Shown here: positions 11,736 through 25,284 of the stretch, in pieces
Numbering within the stretch: position 1 is the first letter of the stretch
Layout of the letters: each line of letters starts with the position of its first letter
Source: Neoconidiobolus thromboides FSU 785
Lineage: Eukaryota > Fungi > Entomophthoromycota
Assembly (NCBI GenBank): GCA_025603075.1
Contig: MU626262.1
Span: 197,136 to 261,135 of the forward strand
Direction: 5' to 3'
DNA length: 64,000 nucleotides
Made by a program: the position numbers and the translations under genes
Notes under the pieces: generated by a model
The model's input: only the letters and a program-made list of their open reading frames with translations
Databases searched by the model: none
Told to the model about the DNA's origin: nothing

Positions 11736-12095
11736 TTACTTTGATCCACGGAGCCTTCCGCGGAAATCTTTATAACAATTTGGGCAAAGCTGATGCATCA
11801 ATTTAGGTTGACCGCAAGAATAACAACTAGTAATATTTTTCAAATTTTTGAGTCCTTTACCAGCCGCTCTCATTCTTTTTTTAGCATAGGATGTCTTCTT
11901 TTTTGGTACTGCTTTTAAAATGCTTTCTTTAAGATCATCAAGCCATTGTCCAACTCTTTCTGCTACTGGAATCCAAGCGCTACTGACACTAACTTCTCTC
12001 CCTAAATAGTTTGATGTAGCTGCTATCGTTGGACCATTTTGTCTAGCTACTATTCCTCTTGGCAATATATTCCAAATTAATCCTCTAATTCCCAT
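11736..12095 (-). CDS. MRPL32: Mitochondrial ribosomal protein bL32m
   Basis: AVPKKKTSYAKKRMR and CxxC...CxxC zinc motif (CYSC...CPNC) after an N-terminal presequence. Confidence 0.9.
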   Translation of the reverse strand: MGIRGLIWNILPRGIVARQNGPTIAATSNYLGREVSVSSAWIPVAERVGQWLDDLKESILKAVPKKKTSYAKKRMRAAGKGLKNLKNITSCYSCGQPKLMHQLCPNCYKDFRGRLRGSK

Positions 12096-12706
12096 TATAA
12101 AATATTTACTGTTGTTTTGTGCTAATGAAAATTATAATCCCAGATCTTTTATTATGGGTTGAATTCTTTATGCAAATTTCTATCTGCTTGCATTTTGCTT
12201 CAACTTCTGCACTAGTTGGCGCAATAATTTTAGAATATTTCTTCGTTTCAGTGTTTTGTCAATATGTTTAGTTAATTGAAAAAATCCTTCTATAAAAAGC
12301 ATAATCAAATCTTTCTAAACTTCTTCAAGATTTTACCTACTTATTTTCTATAGTATAAAAGGATATTTATATAAATAGATTTACTTTTATTTTAATAGTT
12401 TAGAGGTTTCCTATTTTCAATTATCGATTGGCTGTATATTTTTATTTAATACAAAATGAATTTATCAAATATTCAATAATAACTGTAGGAAAATTTCTTT
12501 CTTGAGTTAAACCTTACTATTGTTCCTGAACCATAATAGAATTAATATTTGATACGATCAAGTAAATACTACGCTTCCAACTGTTATCAGAGTTCAGAAA
12601 ACTTTGCTATATATATTAGCTGTTTTATAAATTCAGACAATAATATGATTGAAAAGGCAATAGCAATAAGTTTATCCATAGTATCTCTTAAAATCTTTGA
12701 TGATAT

Positions 12707-12805
12707 GAGGATGTTTTCTTTGTCTTCATCACTTTTTCTATCTTTTAAACCCTATTTAAGTTGAAAGGTTGTTAGTAAAATTATTAAGCAAAAAAACGCA
12801 TCCTC
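12707..12805 (+). mobile_element. MITE family A copy
   Basis: GAGGATGTTTT...AAACGCATCCTC; flanks ATAT/ATAT. Confidence 0.8.
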
Positions 12806-13381
12806 ATATACTAAAACTAATATTAGAATGGTGATTTTATATCTATAGTTAAAAAGCTCACACGATATTAGTCATAATTCAAGGGTAAGGCTTTGGAAAA
12901 GGGCCGATTTTTTATTAGTTTAAAGCTACCAAACAGTGGTTATAAATTACATTTAAAATTTTTATATTTTCTAAAATTTCCACGTTAACTAGGTATTTAA
13001 ACATTTTAACCTTACTTTTATAGAATGTGAAAATGTCAAATATTAACAGTTGATTTAGTTAATTGATGATATGTTTAATTTAAGATTTTTTGCAGAGACA
13101 TTTAAAAAGGCTTATATTGTCTATCTACTTGATCGTTCTATTAAGACATGTATAATTAGGTAATAGCAAAAATTATAGTACTATCTTTAAATATATAAAG
13201 TTGAAATTCTTTATTTATTTCTTGATATAAGATACAACTTGATTATCTTATCTATTTTATAATCCTATTTATAATTAATAGAAATGTTAAAATATTTTAC
13301 AAGTATGTCAAAACTGCTTTGTATTTTGTTCAACTTTAGAAACAATTGAGTAAAATATTGATTATTAGCTAACTAACATAT

Positions 13382-13480
13382 GAGGGTGTTTTCTTTGGCT
13401 TCATTACTTTTTCTATCTTTTAAGCGCTATTTGAGCGGAAAATTTGTTAGTAAAGTTCTTAAACATAAAGATATATCCCC
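13382..13480 (+). mobile_element. MITE family A copy
   Basis: GAGGGTGTTTT...ATATATCCCC; flanks ATAT/ATAT. Confidence 0.85.
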
Positions 13481-13969
13481 ATATACTTTATAACCAGAAC
13501 CTTATAAAGAGATTTTTTGTGTTTAAATGATAATTAATATACTCAATGTTTATATTTTAACAATATCTATTTAAATTATTTGTTTAAGTCATTATAGAAA
13601 ATTTGAGCGCAGCTATAGTAGCAAATGAATTCCAACATATCCGAGTTAATACTGCGCTTAATGAACTTAAGTTTCTTCAAAATTTAAACCAATAAACTAG
13701 TGTTTAGTCTAATTTCAATGCCTATCAACAGTAGTAATTTTAGTTAAATTGTCCAATAACCTTTCCAAAGCTATTAAATAGAAAAAATGGAGTTTTACGC
13801 AGCAGTTATTCTGAGTAACATTGCTTTTAATTAGTTAAAATTTCAACTATATAATATGATAAATAATATTAAAAATAAATTTAATAGCGCGTTTGGAAGC
13901 ATTATAAAAAGGAAAGAAAACACCAGTTCAAAAATCAAAAATATTTATAAAAACATTTGAAGCTAAAGC

Positions 13970-16158
13970 ATGAATAAAACAAACTCAAACGACCTTTTAT
14001 TTGAAGGGAAAAACTTTCTCTTTACTCAAAATGCTCTTGAAGGCGATAAATCACAGATGACAGAGAAGATACAAAACTTAGGTGGTAATGTTTTGGCCCG
14101 TTACTTGAAAAAGGTACATATAGTAATAGTTCGATATGTTGAAGTATTAATATTTTTATAGTTAAATTATATTGTTGCAACTGAGGAAGATAAGAAAGAC
14201 CCACCCAAGAAGCTAAAGCAAGCAATGGGGTGGAAAGATACTTCTATTGTTGGTTTGGATTTTATTGAGAAGTGTATTGACGAGGATAAAATTATTGCAA
14301 ATGATGAGTATTTAATATTATCTGATGACACAGTAAATTCAATCAAAAGAGCATTAAGCGATGCTGAAGATGACGACAAGGTATCAAAGATCAATAAGGT
14401 TACTATACTCGATCAAAATACCGCAAAAAAGGTAATATATATATAGGCGGGTTTAAAATTTCTAACTTTATTCAAGGCTGTAGATGAACTTTGTTCTATT
14501 CAATCTCAAGTTTCAGTATATTTAGATGATAATATACTATTTGATGTCATGCTGAACCAAACCAACCTTGGGCACAACAATAACAAATTCTTTATTCTAC
14601 AACTCCTTGTTGATACCAAAAATAACTATTATGTTTGGACTAGATGGGGCAGAGTTGGTGTAAATGGACAATCTTCTTTAGATAAATTCAATCAAAATTT
14701 TGATAAAGCACTTGACAAATTTACCTCTAAATTCTTTGCAAAAAGCGGCAACGAATGGCAATCTCTTCCCTATTCTCATGTAACTGGAAAGTATTTTATA
14801 ATGGAAAGAGATTATGAAGACGATGATGAGAGCGATAAAGACGCGAGTGGGGTTGTGAAATCAAAAAATGGTAATCTAGTCAGTAAACCAATTGCTGAAT
14901 CAAAATTAGATCCAAGGGTATATAGTTTAGTCAAAAACATATTTGACGTTAAAATGATGAATGACTCAATGTCCCAATTTTCTTATGATACTAAAAAAAT
15001 GCCTCTTGGAAAGTTAACTAAAGATCATATAAAGAAAAGTATGCAAGTTCTGAAAGATATTGCTGAAGAATTAGCAAGTTCATTGAATAGGTAAATAATT
15101 TGAAATCAAAAAAAATCTATCAATAACTTTATTTTCCTAGGCATAGTAAACTTGAAGAACTAAGTTCTTTATTTTATACAATTATACCCCATGCCTATGG
15201 TATGAGGAGACCACCTATTATTGCAACAAAAGAACTATTAAAAAACAAGCTTGAGTTAGTAGAATCGTTAGCTGAAATTCAAATAGCTAATAGTTTAATA
15301 AAAAAAGTTGATGAAATCGATTCAAATGTTAACCCAATTGATTCAAAATATAATGCATTAAACAATAACATTAAACCACTTGATAAGAAAGGAAAGGAAT
15401 TTGAGCTTATTAAAGAGTATGTCAAAAACACTCATCATAATAGCTATTATGGCTATTATGATCTGAATGTAAATTGTTTTCAATTATTAAGTAGGTTATT
15501 AATATTTTTAGGTTGAAGATGCTTTTGAATTAGTTCGTAGTGGAGAAAATGAAAACTTTAAAGAATTCGAGTCTTTACACAATAGGAAATTATTATGGCA
15601 TGGGTCTAGGATGAGTAATTTTGTTGGAATTTTATCTCAAGGACTTAGAATTGCTCCCCCTGAAGCTCCAGCTTCAGGATATGCGTTTGGTAAAGGAGTA
15701 TATTTTGCAGATATTGTATCAAAGGTAAATCCCTTTAACTAATTTTTAGAATATTTCTTAAATTCATGTAGAGTGCTGGCTATTGTTGCTCTTTTTTATC
15801 AAATAATGAAGCATTAATGCTGCTATGTGAAGTCGCACTAGGAGATGAATTAAAATTAAAAAGTCCGAATTGTAATGCTGCAGAAAATGCCAAAAGAAAC
15901 AATAAGCATTGTACAAAAGGATTAGGACGACTACATCCAGATCCAAAGGAAGATTATATACTTGAAAACAATACAATAGTGCCAAAAGGCAAACCTATCC
16001 TCTCAAACGATGAAAACCTTATATCCCATAATGAGTATATCGTCTATAATACTAGCCAAATTAAAATGAAGTAAGTTTTATTTAGTTTTATCTACTTAAA
16101 TTAATTATCATATAATAGGTATCTTATTAAAATTAAATTTGATTATAATAAACATTGA
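13970..16158 (+). CDS. PARP: Poly(ADP-ribose) polymerase, BRCT-WGR-regulatory-catalytic architecture, multi-exon
   Basis: BRCT-like N-terminus, WTRWGRVG (WGR), [38 protein letters not shown]: the H-Y-E catalytic triad is intact. Confidence 0.92.
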
Positions 16159-17590
16159 TATTTAGATACTCATTTGTACTCTCAATAATTATTTAATTGA
16201 TAGAATAATATTTATTTTAATTATTATAACAATCGATTTATTATATTGAATAACTGCCCCAAAATTATTTAGGAACAAAATCTCGCTAAAATTTATGCTT
16301 AGATTTCCTGCTTTCCCTTTATTGAGCACTGTAATATGCAATTGAAGTTACATTTTGCTATTTATTTTCTATCAACATTCTTAGTTCCCTCACAATCATC
16401 TTTTTATAATATAATCTTTATAAGGGAATCGCCATTTTATTACAAAATAACACTTGTTTTTAATTATTATGAATAACAGTTTATCTTCAAAAGTTGTACT
16501 AATAACTTCTCAAAATTATCATTTTACTAGTACTATTTACAGTAATGCTATTTGACTTTTTGTGTACTAAAATAAGTGACTACATTTTAAAGTAGTACTA
16601 TCAAAAGTTTCTAATATTGCATTGATCTTTATTAGAAAATTATTTATAAAACTTAACGATTCTTAAAGCCACTTTTTAATTATAGAACATTATAAGTACA
16701 TTTGTCATTTCATATTTGTGATTTAGTTAATTATATCATTCAATAAATGTGTTACAACCCCTTGTATTTTTCTTCAATTTTGCTGTGCTTTATATTATTT
16801 CCTAATACTGATGAATTTTCGAATTTCTCTTAATTTGGAAACAGTATATATTGTGTAGGATTGTATAAGATTATAAATATTATATTAGTATTATTATAGC
16901 TTAGAAGTTGTACAATCATTTTGAAAATGAAAAAGATAACATAATCTATTTTAAATAAATTAAAAGGAAGGAGTAACTTATTTCAGAACATAAGTGAAAA
17001 ATAAAATGAATCAAATATGAATCAAATATTAAATTTTTATAAAAATAATAAGGATTATAAGCGGAATTATCCCTAAAATAGGAACAGAAAAATCATAAAA
17101 GAGATTATTCTTAATTCTATTATCATCTCAAATCAACTCTAACTAGCTTCGTATATTTGACAAATAAGTGCTAATACTGCCCAAATAAATCATAAAGATT
17201 AGAAAATAATAATTTTCAATTAAATTTGAAAATGACTTAAACTGGGCATTTATTCTAAAGTTTCCAGGTTGAATTTTTATTCTGTTCCTTCATAAAATGC
17301 CTGGTTAATGTAAAAATAACACATTATGCCAATTCTTTGATCTTTAATCTATTTAACAATTTTAAAGTGTATCTTCTAAGTTATTAACTCATAAAGCTTA
17401 TACTAAATATCATGTATATTTATATATTAATCTAAAAAATAAGGCATAAACTAAACTAGATACGATTGTTTTAATTATGTAAAATCATTGTTCAAAAAAA
17501 AGCTATCAAATATTAATTAAATGACTTTTACTTTTCAATTATTCAAAACTCAAAAAATATTTTTAAAAAATATTGAAATTATTAAATAGA

Positions 17591-19018
17591 TTAACCATAA
17601 TGTTTAAACTTAAGTTCAGGATAGCCAACTTGAGCGTTAGAAGATACTGGGGTGCTTCGAGTCATTGGGTATTCGCAATAATCCTCTCCGCCTGCTCCAT
17701 TGGTATAATTTTGATAGCTATAGGGTATTTCACAACTGTTTGGAAATTGATTAAATTGGCGGTAATGATTTTTTGGATATTCACTTGGATGAGAATAGCC
17801 TGGGCTAACTTGATACTGTTGTTCAACAGTTGAAGAGTAAACTGGTATTTGTTCGCCATAAAAGGATTGAGTAATTGGATTATTTAAACTTGTGTCACAT
17901 ATACTACCAGCATAAGGAACTGTTGGAAATGGTACTCCCATAGAAATAGCTTGGGAAGGATACATTCCATATTCATACTCGAGAGCTTCACTATAACTAG
18001 CTGGAGATTGTAAAGGAGCTGTAGGGCTTTGATGAAATTCAACTGGTTTCGATATTGGTGGTAAATTTGTTGGAGCTCTCCTACGACGACGAGCGGGACC
18101 TGTATTTTCTCTATAACCTTGTGTTACAGAAGGTTGAGGCATAGAAGTCGATTTATATGGTTCCCAAGGCAAAGAATTTGGTACATATGGTTGTTGAGAC
18201 ATTGGACTTGATGTATATGATTGTTGAGACATGGAAACTGGTGTATAGGATTGAGTCATTGGAATTGTCGTATAAGACTGTGACATAAGTGTTAAATTTT
18301 GTGTTTTAAGATCATAACTCATGCTCCTTGGTGAATTACGTTCAGGCACAGCCTGATTTAATTCATATTCACCTTGTTTTATATGACTCGTTGTCTTATA
18401 GTCGTTTAGTGGATCTTTGGGGTCGACTATACGTTCATAAGCTAATTGATCTTTAGAGTCAACTATACGCTCAAAAGTTTCTCGTTGATACTCAAGCATT
18501 TTATTTAAACCTTGAGATGATATTTCAATGTCAATTGAGTGGGCTTGGAAGGATAACATAGGATCATAGTAAAACTTTTCAATATCAGTTTCAAATAGTG
18601 GATAAAGAAGCTCATCAATTTTAAAAATTTTGGCCATTTCTTGAGCTCTTTCAAGTGGAATCCATACCCCTTTTAAAACCATACTACCAGATTTGATTAC
18701 ATGTCTTCCCTTTTCTGCCTTTAAAATACCATCTCGTTTACCGCGAGTCATCCCTACAACGTTTAAAAGCTTGGTACCATTAATCATGGCATTATCTTTC
18801 CTCCTTGCCACAGTCATATTATTTGCTTCTACTTGGTAACAATAAGTATCTTCATCCTCCCACTGCACAGCAGATAGTTTTGGTAAGACACTACTGGAAT
18901 GTAATAAACGAGTATTATCATCAGATGATATAGGACTGTTATTTTGTTTTGTTTGGTTCCACATTGGATTTTTATAATGTTGATTAGGAGTTGTTAAAGT
19001 GGTGTGATCAGTTTGCAT
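17591..19018 (-). CDS. stuA: APSES/KilA-N transcription factor, StuA/Sok2/Efg1 group
   Basis: [59 protein letters not shown] followed by a Q/S/P/Y-rich low-complexity tail. Confidence 0.88.
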   Translation of the reverse strand: MQTDHTTLTTPNQHYKNPMWNQTKQNNSPISSDDNTRLLHSSSVLPKLSAVQWEDEDTYCYQVEANNMTVARRKDNAMINGTKLLNVVGMTRGKRDGILKAEKGRHVIKSGSMVLKGVWIPLERAQEMAKIFKIDELLYPLFETDIEKFYYDPMLSFQAHSIDIEISSQGLNKMLEYQRETFERIVDSKDQLAYERIVDPKDPLNDYKTTSHIKQGEYELNQAVPERNSPRSMSYDLKTQNLTLMSQSYTTIPMTQSYTPVSMSQQSYTSSPMSQQPYVPNSLPWEPYKSTSMPQPSVTQGYRENTGPARRRRRAPTNLPPISKPVEFHQSPTAPLQSPASYSEALEYEYGMYPSQAISMGVPFPTVPYAGSICDTSLNNPITQSFYGEQIPVYSSTVEQQYQVSPGYSHPSEYPKNHYRQFNQFPNSCEIPYSYQNYTNGAGGEDYCEYPMTRSTPVSSNAQVGYPELKFKHYG

Positions 19019-20654
19019 ATTGCTATTGATTATTGATAATTTGATTAAGTGATAGAGGATATAATAAGAATAATAAGACTATTTATTTTATAGATATAAG
19101 CCTGTTGTCATTAACTAGAAATAAAATGGATAAAGCAGATAGCTTTAATAAACAAGATTGACTAAAAGTACAAATAAAAAACTATGAAGAATAATAGTTG
19201 AGAAATTAAATAATCATAGAAGTTTAATAATGAAATATTGATTAAACTAACAAAATTTAAATGGTGATTTGATCTGCTTATATACTTTTCAATTAATCAA
19301 TTTCTAAACTTCACTTTAAAAATTCTTTATCAAAATAATAATGTATACTTAATTTAGTTTATTCTCTTTTTTATATGGCAATCGATGAAATTTTTATTTA
19401 TACTAATATGGTAGTGCTAATAGTTTCCCCATCGCTCTCAAGTTACCATCCATTTTATGAACTCCATGATTTCACTTTCTTCTCCAAAGTATTACGATTG
19501 TAAATCCAAGTTTAATTGAAATAAAGATTATTTCTAACGATTATGGTTGGCTCATTGTAAATAAAAACCAATCAATATTACAATATCTTTTTTTCTCTTC
19601 AACTTATTTGATTAGTTTAATGTGGCACTTATTAGCAATTTAACAAGTCAACTTGGAATAGGAAGTACTTCGGCTCATAGCCAAAACAAGAAGTCAAAAA
19701 TCTAGTGATAATTTATTCAAGTTGATGGCCCTTAAATTTAATTACATGTGATCACAGCTTGTTTTATAAATTTACAAATATTTATTAAATGGTTTGAACA
19801 GATCAGTCTGTTTTCGGATACTATACAAGTGTAAATTTGAAATTTTATAACATAACGGAGCTTTTGATAAACGAATTTAATTAGTTCAAATAAGGCTACT
19901 TGGCTGAATTAAAGACATGAATTTAAAATCAATATGGGTGTAGTAGTAGTTACATGAGATTATACTTGTAATTAAATTCTTCTTATTGGTCAAGTTACAA
20001 ATCTTTTAATTATTTATTGTTAGTCATTTATGAATAAGTAAAATTATCTCCATCCCCAAAACTAACAGTTGAAAACTATTATAATTGAATGATCGAATAA
20101 TAGAATAAATAGCTGAAGAACTTTTTATTGTGTTTCTATAGAAACTTAATAAACAATTCTTGTTTAAGTTGGTTGCCATTCATAGTTATAGCGAGCTTTG
20201 AATTTTGTGATATGTTTATATATTACTTTTGTATATATTTATTCTATTTTGATTAAATTAGCTTTTAAGATATCAACGATATTATACTGGTCAATGATTT
20301 CATAATAATGAGTTGTAAATGTTTGTTATTTGAATTTAATATATTTATTCTTTAGTATTCTGTAATATTATTTTATATTTAATTTAAGTTTGAACATGTA
20401 AAGAGTATTCTTTAATAAGTATAAATAAATAGTAAATTAAATGATCAAATGCAAGTAGCTATATTAATTCTATTGATCGAATTACTTTAATTTCAACTAA
20501 TTTACTTTTTTAATTACTCAAAAAATAGCTATAACAAAAGTAAGTTATTTCTCTATTCAAATTTCTCTATTCAATCTAGAAAAGTAAAAAATAAAAAAAA
20601 GTAAAAAATAAAAAGTAAAAAGATGAATCTTAAAAAATAAAATCGACTATAAAT

Positions 20655-20752
20655 TATTAATATATTAATATATTAATATACTAATATATTAATATATTAA
20701 TATACTAATATATTAATATACTAATATATTGATGTATTAATGTATTAATATA
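20655..20752. repeat. Minisatellite, 8-bp unit TAATATA(T/C), about 12 copies
   Basis: Read directly; distal copies degenerate to TGATGTAT/TAATGTAT. Confidence 0.8.
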
Positions 20753-22864
20753 TAATGAAATTAAAGTTTAGATTAAAAAACTTTATTGTTTAAATGCCAT
20801 TACTAAGCAGAAATAAATTACTATGTACTCCAGTTTCCATTAGAAATATTTGACTGAAAACCACTTTTTCTTCTGCATTAAATCCAGAATCTGAATTAGA
20901 TTTATGCAATTTAAGTTATAAGTTGACTAGAATTCTAAAATACAATAGACCAACTCCTAAGTAATAAAAAATAGCAGTAATTTTTTCAATTAAAAACTCA
21001 ATAAAAATATTATGATTGAGCCCAACTTTGAATTTTTTAAAAGCCTCATAATCAAAAGTAAGCATTAACAGTTACCCAGCTCATACAGAAACAATATTGT
21101 AAGTGACCAGAATGAATTATAATTATGAAAAAATTCATAGAAACAGTCTGCGAATTTGGATTAAAACTTTAATGCACCATAACTTTTAAACTAAAAGTTC
21201 CAACTTAATCGGACGGTCAAATAAACCATATTTAAACAAAACTTTATTCTCAAGTATCGGGAACTATACCAAATAAATCGTAAGCTGAGAGAATAAAACA
21301 GGGCTAAAACATCCGAGCTACATTTATAACTGTTTAATTAAACGATTAAAAAAGTAATTAAATTTTAAGACCATGACTTTTTAGTGGTTACTAAGGTTAT
21401 TACTTTTTTGTTACTTTTTATTACTTTTTTATTACTTTGATAAAACAAGTGGAAAATAAAATTAACTAGATTATGATCGAAATGATAAGAAGACGAAGAC
21501 TAATTCTTTTTTGATATATAAAAGTAACAAATGTTTTATTTCTTATTCAACTTTTATGATATAAGCATTATTTTATTTACTTTCTTATAAATTCTATGAT
21601 ATAAACATTATGCTATTTATTTAAGTAGAAATGAAAAATAGTCGGATGATCGCTTCTATTGAATGATTAAAAAAGTATCTTCATTGTTCTAAAAGCTAAA
21701 TCAAGTTAAAGTTTCCATGTTTTACTTTAATAAGAATTAATATCAGTTCTTCTATAATCAAAGCTTTTTTATTATATTATATTATTGAGATAATAAGGTT
21801 CTTATTTTAACTTAGAGCCGGGTAAAGTTGATGTAAGATTTTGTAAAAAAAATAAAACTTATTTTATTAAACTTTATGACTTTTCGAAAATTAACATAAA
21901 TAGTAGATAATTTCTTAATAAAGGGAGGGGATAATATTGTTTTTAATTATGCCATCTTGGATCGTAGTCAAGGAACTGGTAAATTATTCTATCAATTTTT
22001 TATTAAAACCTGAAAATTTTGATCAGAAATAAAACTCAATACATCTTTTGAGAAAGTTTAAAATACCGAGATTAATCATTTGCAAGCAAACATTTAATAA
22101 AACGCAAAAACTTCTAGTATTTCATTGTTTTTGTTTCCAATTATCAACCGTTAGAACTTACGTTTTTCAAAACAATGTACAAAATTTAGAAATCCTGAAG
22201 TGGAAAATTTGAGCAGATTTATTAGAGATAATGTTTGAATGGACTAAATTCTTAAAAATGCCAAGACGATTACATCGTTAATTAATTCATACTGAAATCA
22301 ACCTAATTTACTGACGTTTTATAACAAATAAATAGCTTAAGAATAAAGCCTAAAAGTAAACAATTAGTTTATAATATTTATATTTACAGTTTATTTTTCA
22401 TTCGTTTACTATCAAGAATTATCGCCAATTTTAAAACTTTATGACTTTGTTCTACTTTGACTAAGCTTCGATCACTTGATAAGGATTAAATGAAGTAGTA
22501 TGTGATATTCAATGTGATATATTATTCTTTGAAATTTATGAATGATCTAATATTTTATTAGTTGTTTATTAAGAATAACAATAAGAATTTATTTCTTATT
22601 ACATAAAGTTTTTATTAGATGTTTAAAATAGTTTGTTTGATCTTAATCGTATACTAATCTGTTTAATGCTATTATTTTAACATGTAAACTTTTAAATAAA
22701 ACAATTACTAAACTTAGTAATTTAATTTTACTAGGCTTTTAAACTCATTCAATATTACCTGATTGTAAGTATTCCTTATTATTTTTTATAATTATTATTT
22801 TATATTTTATTTATTTGTTTATTTTGAATTTATGTTTTAATTTTAATTTTATAAAGGTTTAACC

Positions 22865-22924
22865 TGAAATGTTTTTCTTAATTTTATTACTTTTCCATTT
22901 TTTAAGCGTTATTTGAGTGGAAAT
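22865..22924 (+). mobile_element. Truncated MITE family A copy (left about 60 bp)
   Basis: ATGTTTTTCTTAATTTTATTACTTTTCCATTTTTTAAGCGTTATTTGAGTGGAAA, ending where the next inverted copy begins. Confidence 0.7.
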
Positions 22925-22927
22925 AAT

Positions 22928-23026
22928 GGGGATGCGTTTTTATGTTTAAGGATTTTACTAATAATTTTTCCGCTCAAATAATACTTAAAGATGGAAAAAA
23001 GTAATAAACCTAAAAAAAACACTCCC
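22928..23026 (-). mobile_element. MITE family A copy
   Basis: GGGGATGCGTTTT...AAAACACTCCC; flanks TAAT/AATG. Confidence 0.85.
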
Positions 23027-23349
23027 AATGTTATCTTTAGTAACTTTATTTTAATTAATGGAATTCTTTTATTTAGTTTGTATATTTTTTATTTAATTTA
23101 TAATAATTTTTTAGAACCTGATTTTTGTATTTTTAAATGAATAATAAATTAACTTATAATAGAACTATAACAACCATGTTTATATTTATAATTATCATTT
23201 AAAAAAATTATATAATTTATAAAAATTTATTTAAGATTTTAAACTAATATTTAAAATTATATGTTATAAGTCAATATAAAAAATAGAATGTTATAAAGGT
23301 TGTATTAAATAATTAAAAAGTAATTTTGATAATAAAATAAATATTAAAT

Positions 23350-23446
23350 GGGGCTGTATTTTTGTGTTTAAGAATTTTACTAACAGTCTTTCTACTCAAA
23401 TAGCGCTCAAAAAATAGAAATCAATGAAATGAAAAAAAACATCCCC
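23350..23446 (-). mobile_element. MITE family A copy
   Basis: GGGGCTGTATTTT...AAAACATCCCC; flanks AAAT/ATAT. Confidence 0.85.
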
Positions 23447-23777
23447 ATATATATAATATAAAGTAAAAAAAGGTAAAAGCTGATTAAAATTATAAAGTGA
23501 TTAAAATTTGTAAATAAAATCTGTAATTTAATTTAAGCTAAAAAATCAACCAGTATTAAATTTAGTATTAAATACTTAGTATTAATTTTTTTATATAATT
23601 AAACTTCTTGAGCTGATTTTTAATTTTAATAAAGCTGTTAAATACTATTAAGCTTATAATATTTATAATAATAATTTAGATATTAAGTTATTTAAGCTGA
23701 GATCTGACTAGTTTACAAATAATCAAAATATTGATATAATAATAAAATATTAAAAATTAAAATAATCTTTATAATTT

Positions 23778-23875
23778 GGGGATGTTTTTTTTGGTTTCAT
23801 TACTTTTTCTATTTTTTTAAGCCCTATTTGGGCGGAAAAATTGTTAGTAAAACTTAAACACAAAAATACATCCCC
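23778..23875 (+). mobile_element. MITE family A copy
   Basis: GGGGATGTTTT...AATACATCCCC; flanks ATTT/ATTT (non-palindromic direct repeat, diagnostic of a TSD). Confidence 0.9.
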
Positions 23876-23900
23876 ATTTAAAATTTTGAACTTTATTGCA

Positions 23901-24224
23901 AAGAAGATTATCCTCTCATTTTGATATCCATACTTGTTGGGGTATAAAAGAGATCTTAGAGCATAGTAGCTCGAGGCTTTTTAACTGAATTATTCCTTGA
24001 TATTGTACCTTTAATAAAGCCATTAAATCTTTGTGATACTATTTTACATAGATTTTACAGTAGTATTATCTATCCTACTTGTCTTACGTAGTCTGTAGTA
24101 TATTACGTACTATTCTTCATAATTCAAGTCTATCTTAGTCACATAAACTAAGATTTTTTGACTTGCAGTATAATTAACCAAACAAGAACTGCTTTCGACT
24201 CCAACCATTAAGTACCAAATTTCA
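23901..24224 (-). pseudogene. Degenerate ORF relic, copy B (repeat family B)
   Basis: 81% identical without gaps to 2005-2322; same frame with in-frame TAA/TAG stops. Confidence 0.65.
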
Positions 24225-24804
24225 TAAATTATATATATACAAAAGACAAAACAAATAAATAAAATAAATAAAATAAAATATTAGTAATTTAAATTTAAAA
24301 ATAAAAGTAGCTTTAAATAAACTTTTTTGTTTGCAAATGATCAATCTTAGTATTTTAAACTTTTTCAAAAGTGCAACAATAATTATTATTATGCAAAATT
24401 ATCATTAATTTATAATGATTCCAATATTGAAAATAAGTCATTAACAGTTTTAAGCAAAAGTTAATCAAATGCTATTAATATTGTCAAAAAAACTCAATTG
24501 TTTAAACAATCTTGATTTTTTAATTGAATAAAAAAAGGTAAAAAAGAATAGTTGCTATTTTTGAAATTGTTTTTAACACTTTTTGCAGTTTTTTTGATTC
24601 AAACCAATTATTTAGAAATCTATTTTTTAGCATATATTTATAGCATTTTATTCTTACTTGCAGTGGATCTTCCTCAATTAATAAAAAAAACATTTATAAA
24701 AGATTAATCAAATTAGATTTTCAATAGATTTTCTAACTCAAACTTCATGCTAGATAATTTGAAAATAATATTAGTAAATCTTTTGGGTTGTAAAGTCATT
24801 AAAT

Positions 24805-24900
24805 GGGAATGTATTTTTTTGTTTAAGAATTTTACTACAATCTTTCCACTCAAATAGCGCTCAAAAAATGGAAAAATAATGAAACTAAAAAAACAGCCCC
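24805..24900 (-). mobile_element. MITE family A copy
   Basis: GGGAATGTATTTT...AAACAGCCCC; flanks AAAT/AAAT. Confidence 0.9.
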
Positions 24901-25284
24901 AAATAATAAATTATACAAATTTCATTTAATTTGCATTAAGCTTTAGTAACTGCATTTTAAGCTATCTTTTATTTATTAAATTTTATAAAAAAGAATATTA
25001 TTAATTAGTTTTAAAATGTCTAGTATTGAGCTTTGGTAATTACAATTGATTTCAGTTAATACATTAATTAATTTAATTTATTAGTTTAATCTTATAAACT
25101 TTTATATACTCTAAAGAATGAAATTTGATATCTATTTTTCATATCAAAACTCAACTGTTCATTAACAAAAAGAAGTTGATTGGGTTTTTAAAGGGATAAA
25201 ATTAGCTTTTAAAAAAGAATACTTGTGAAAAATTAAACTCACTTTTATTCTAATTTAGTAAACTAAATAGATTTCGATTTTCAA

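Noticed and set aside
13885-13895. GCGCGTTT as an MCB/E2F-like site in the PARP promoter
   Set aside because: A single short imperfect match cannot be distinguished from chance
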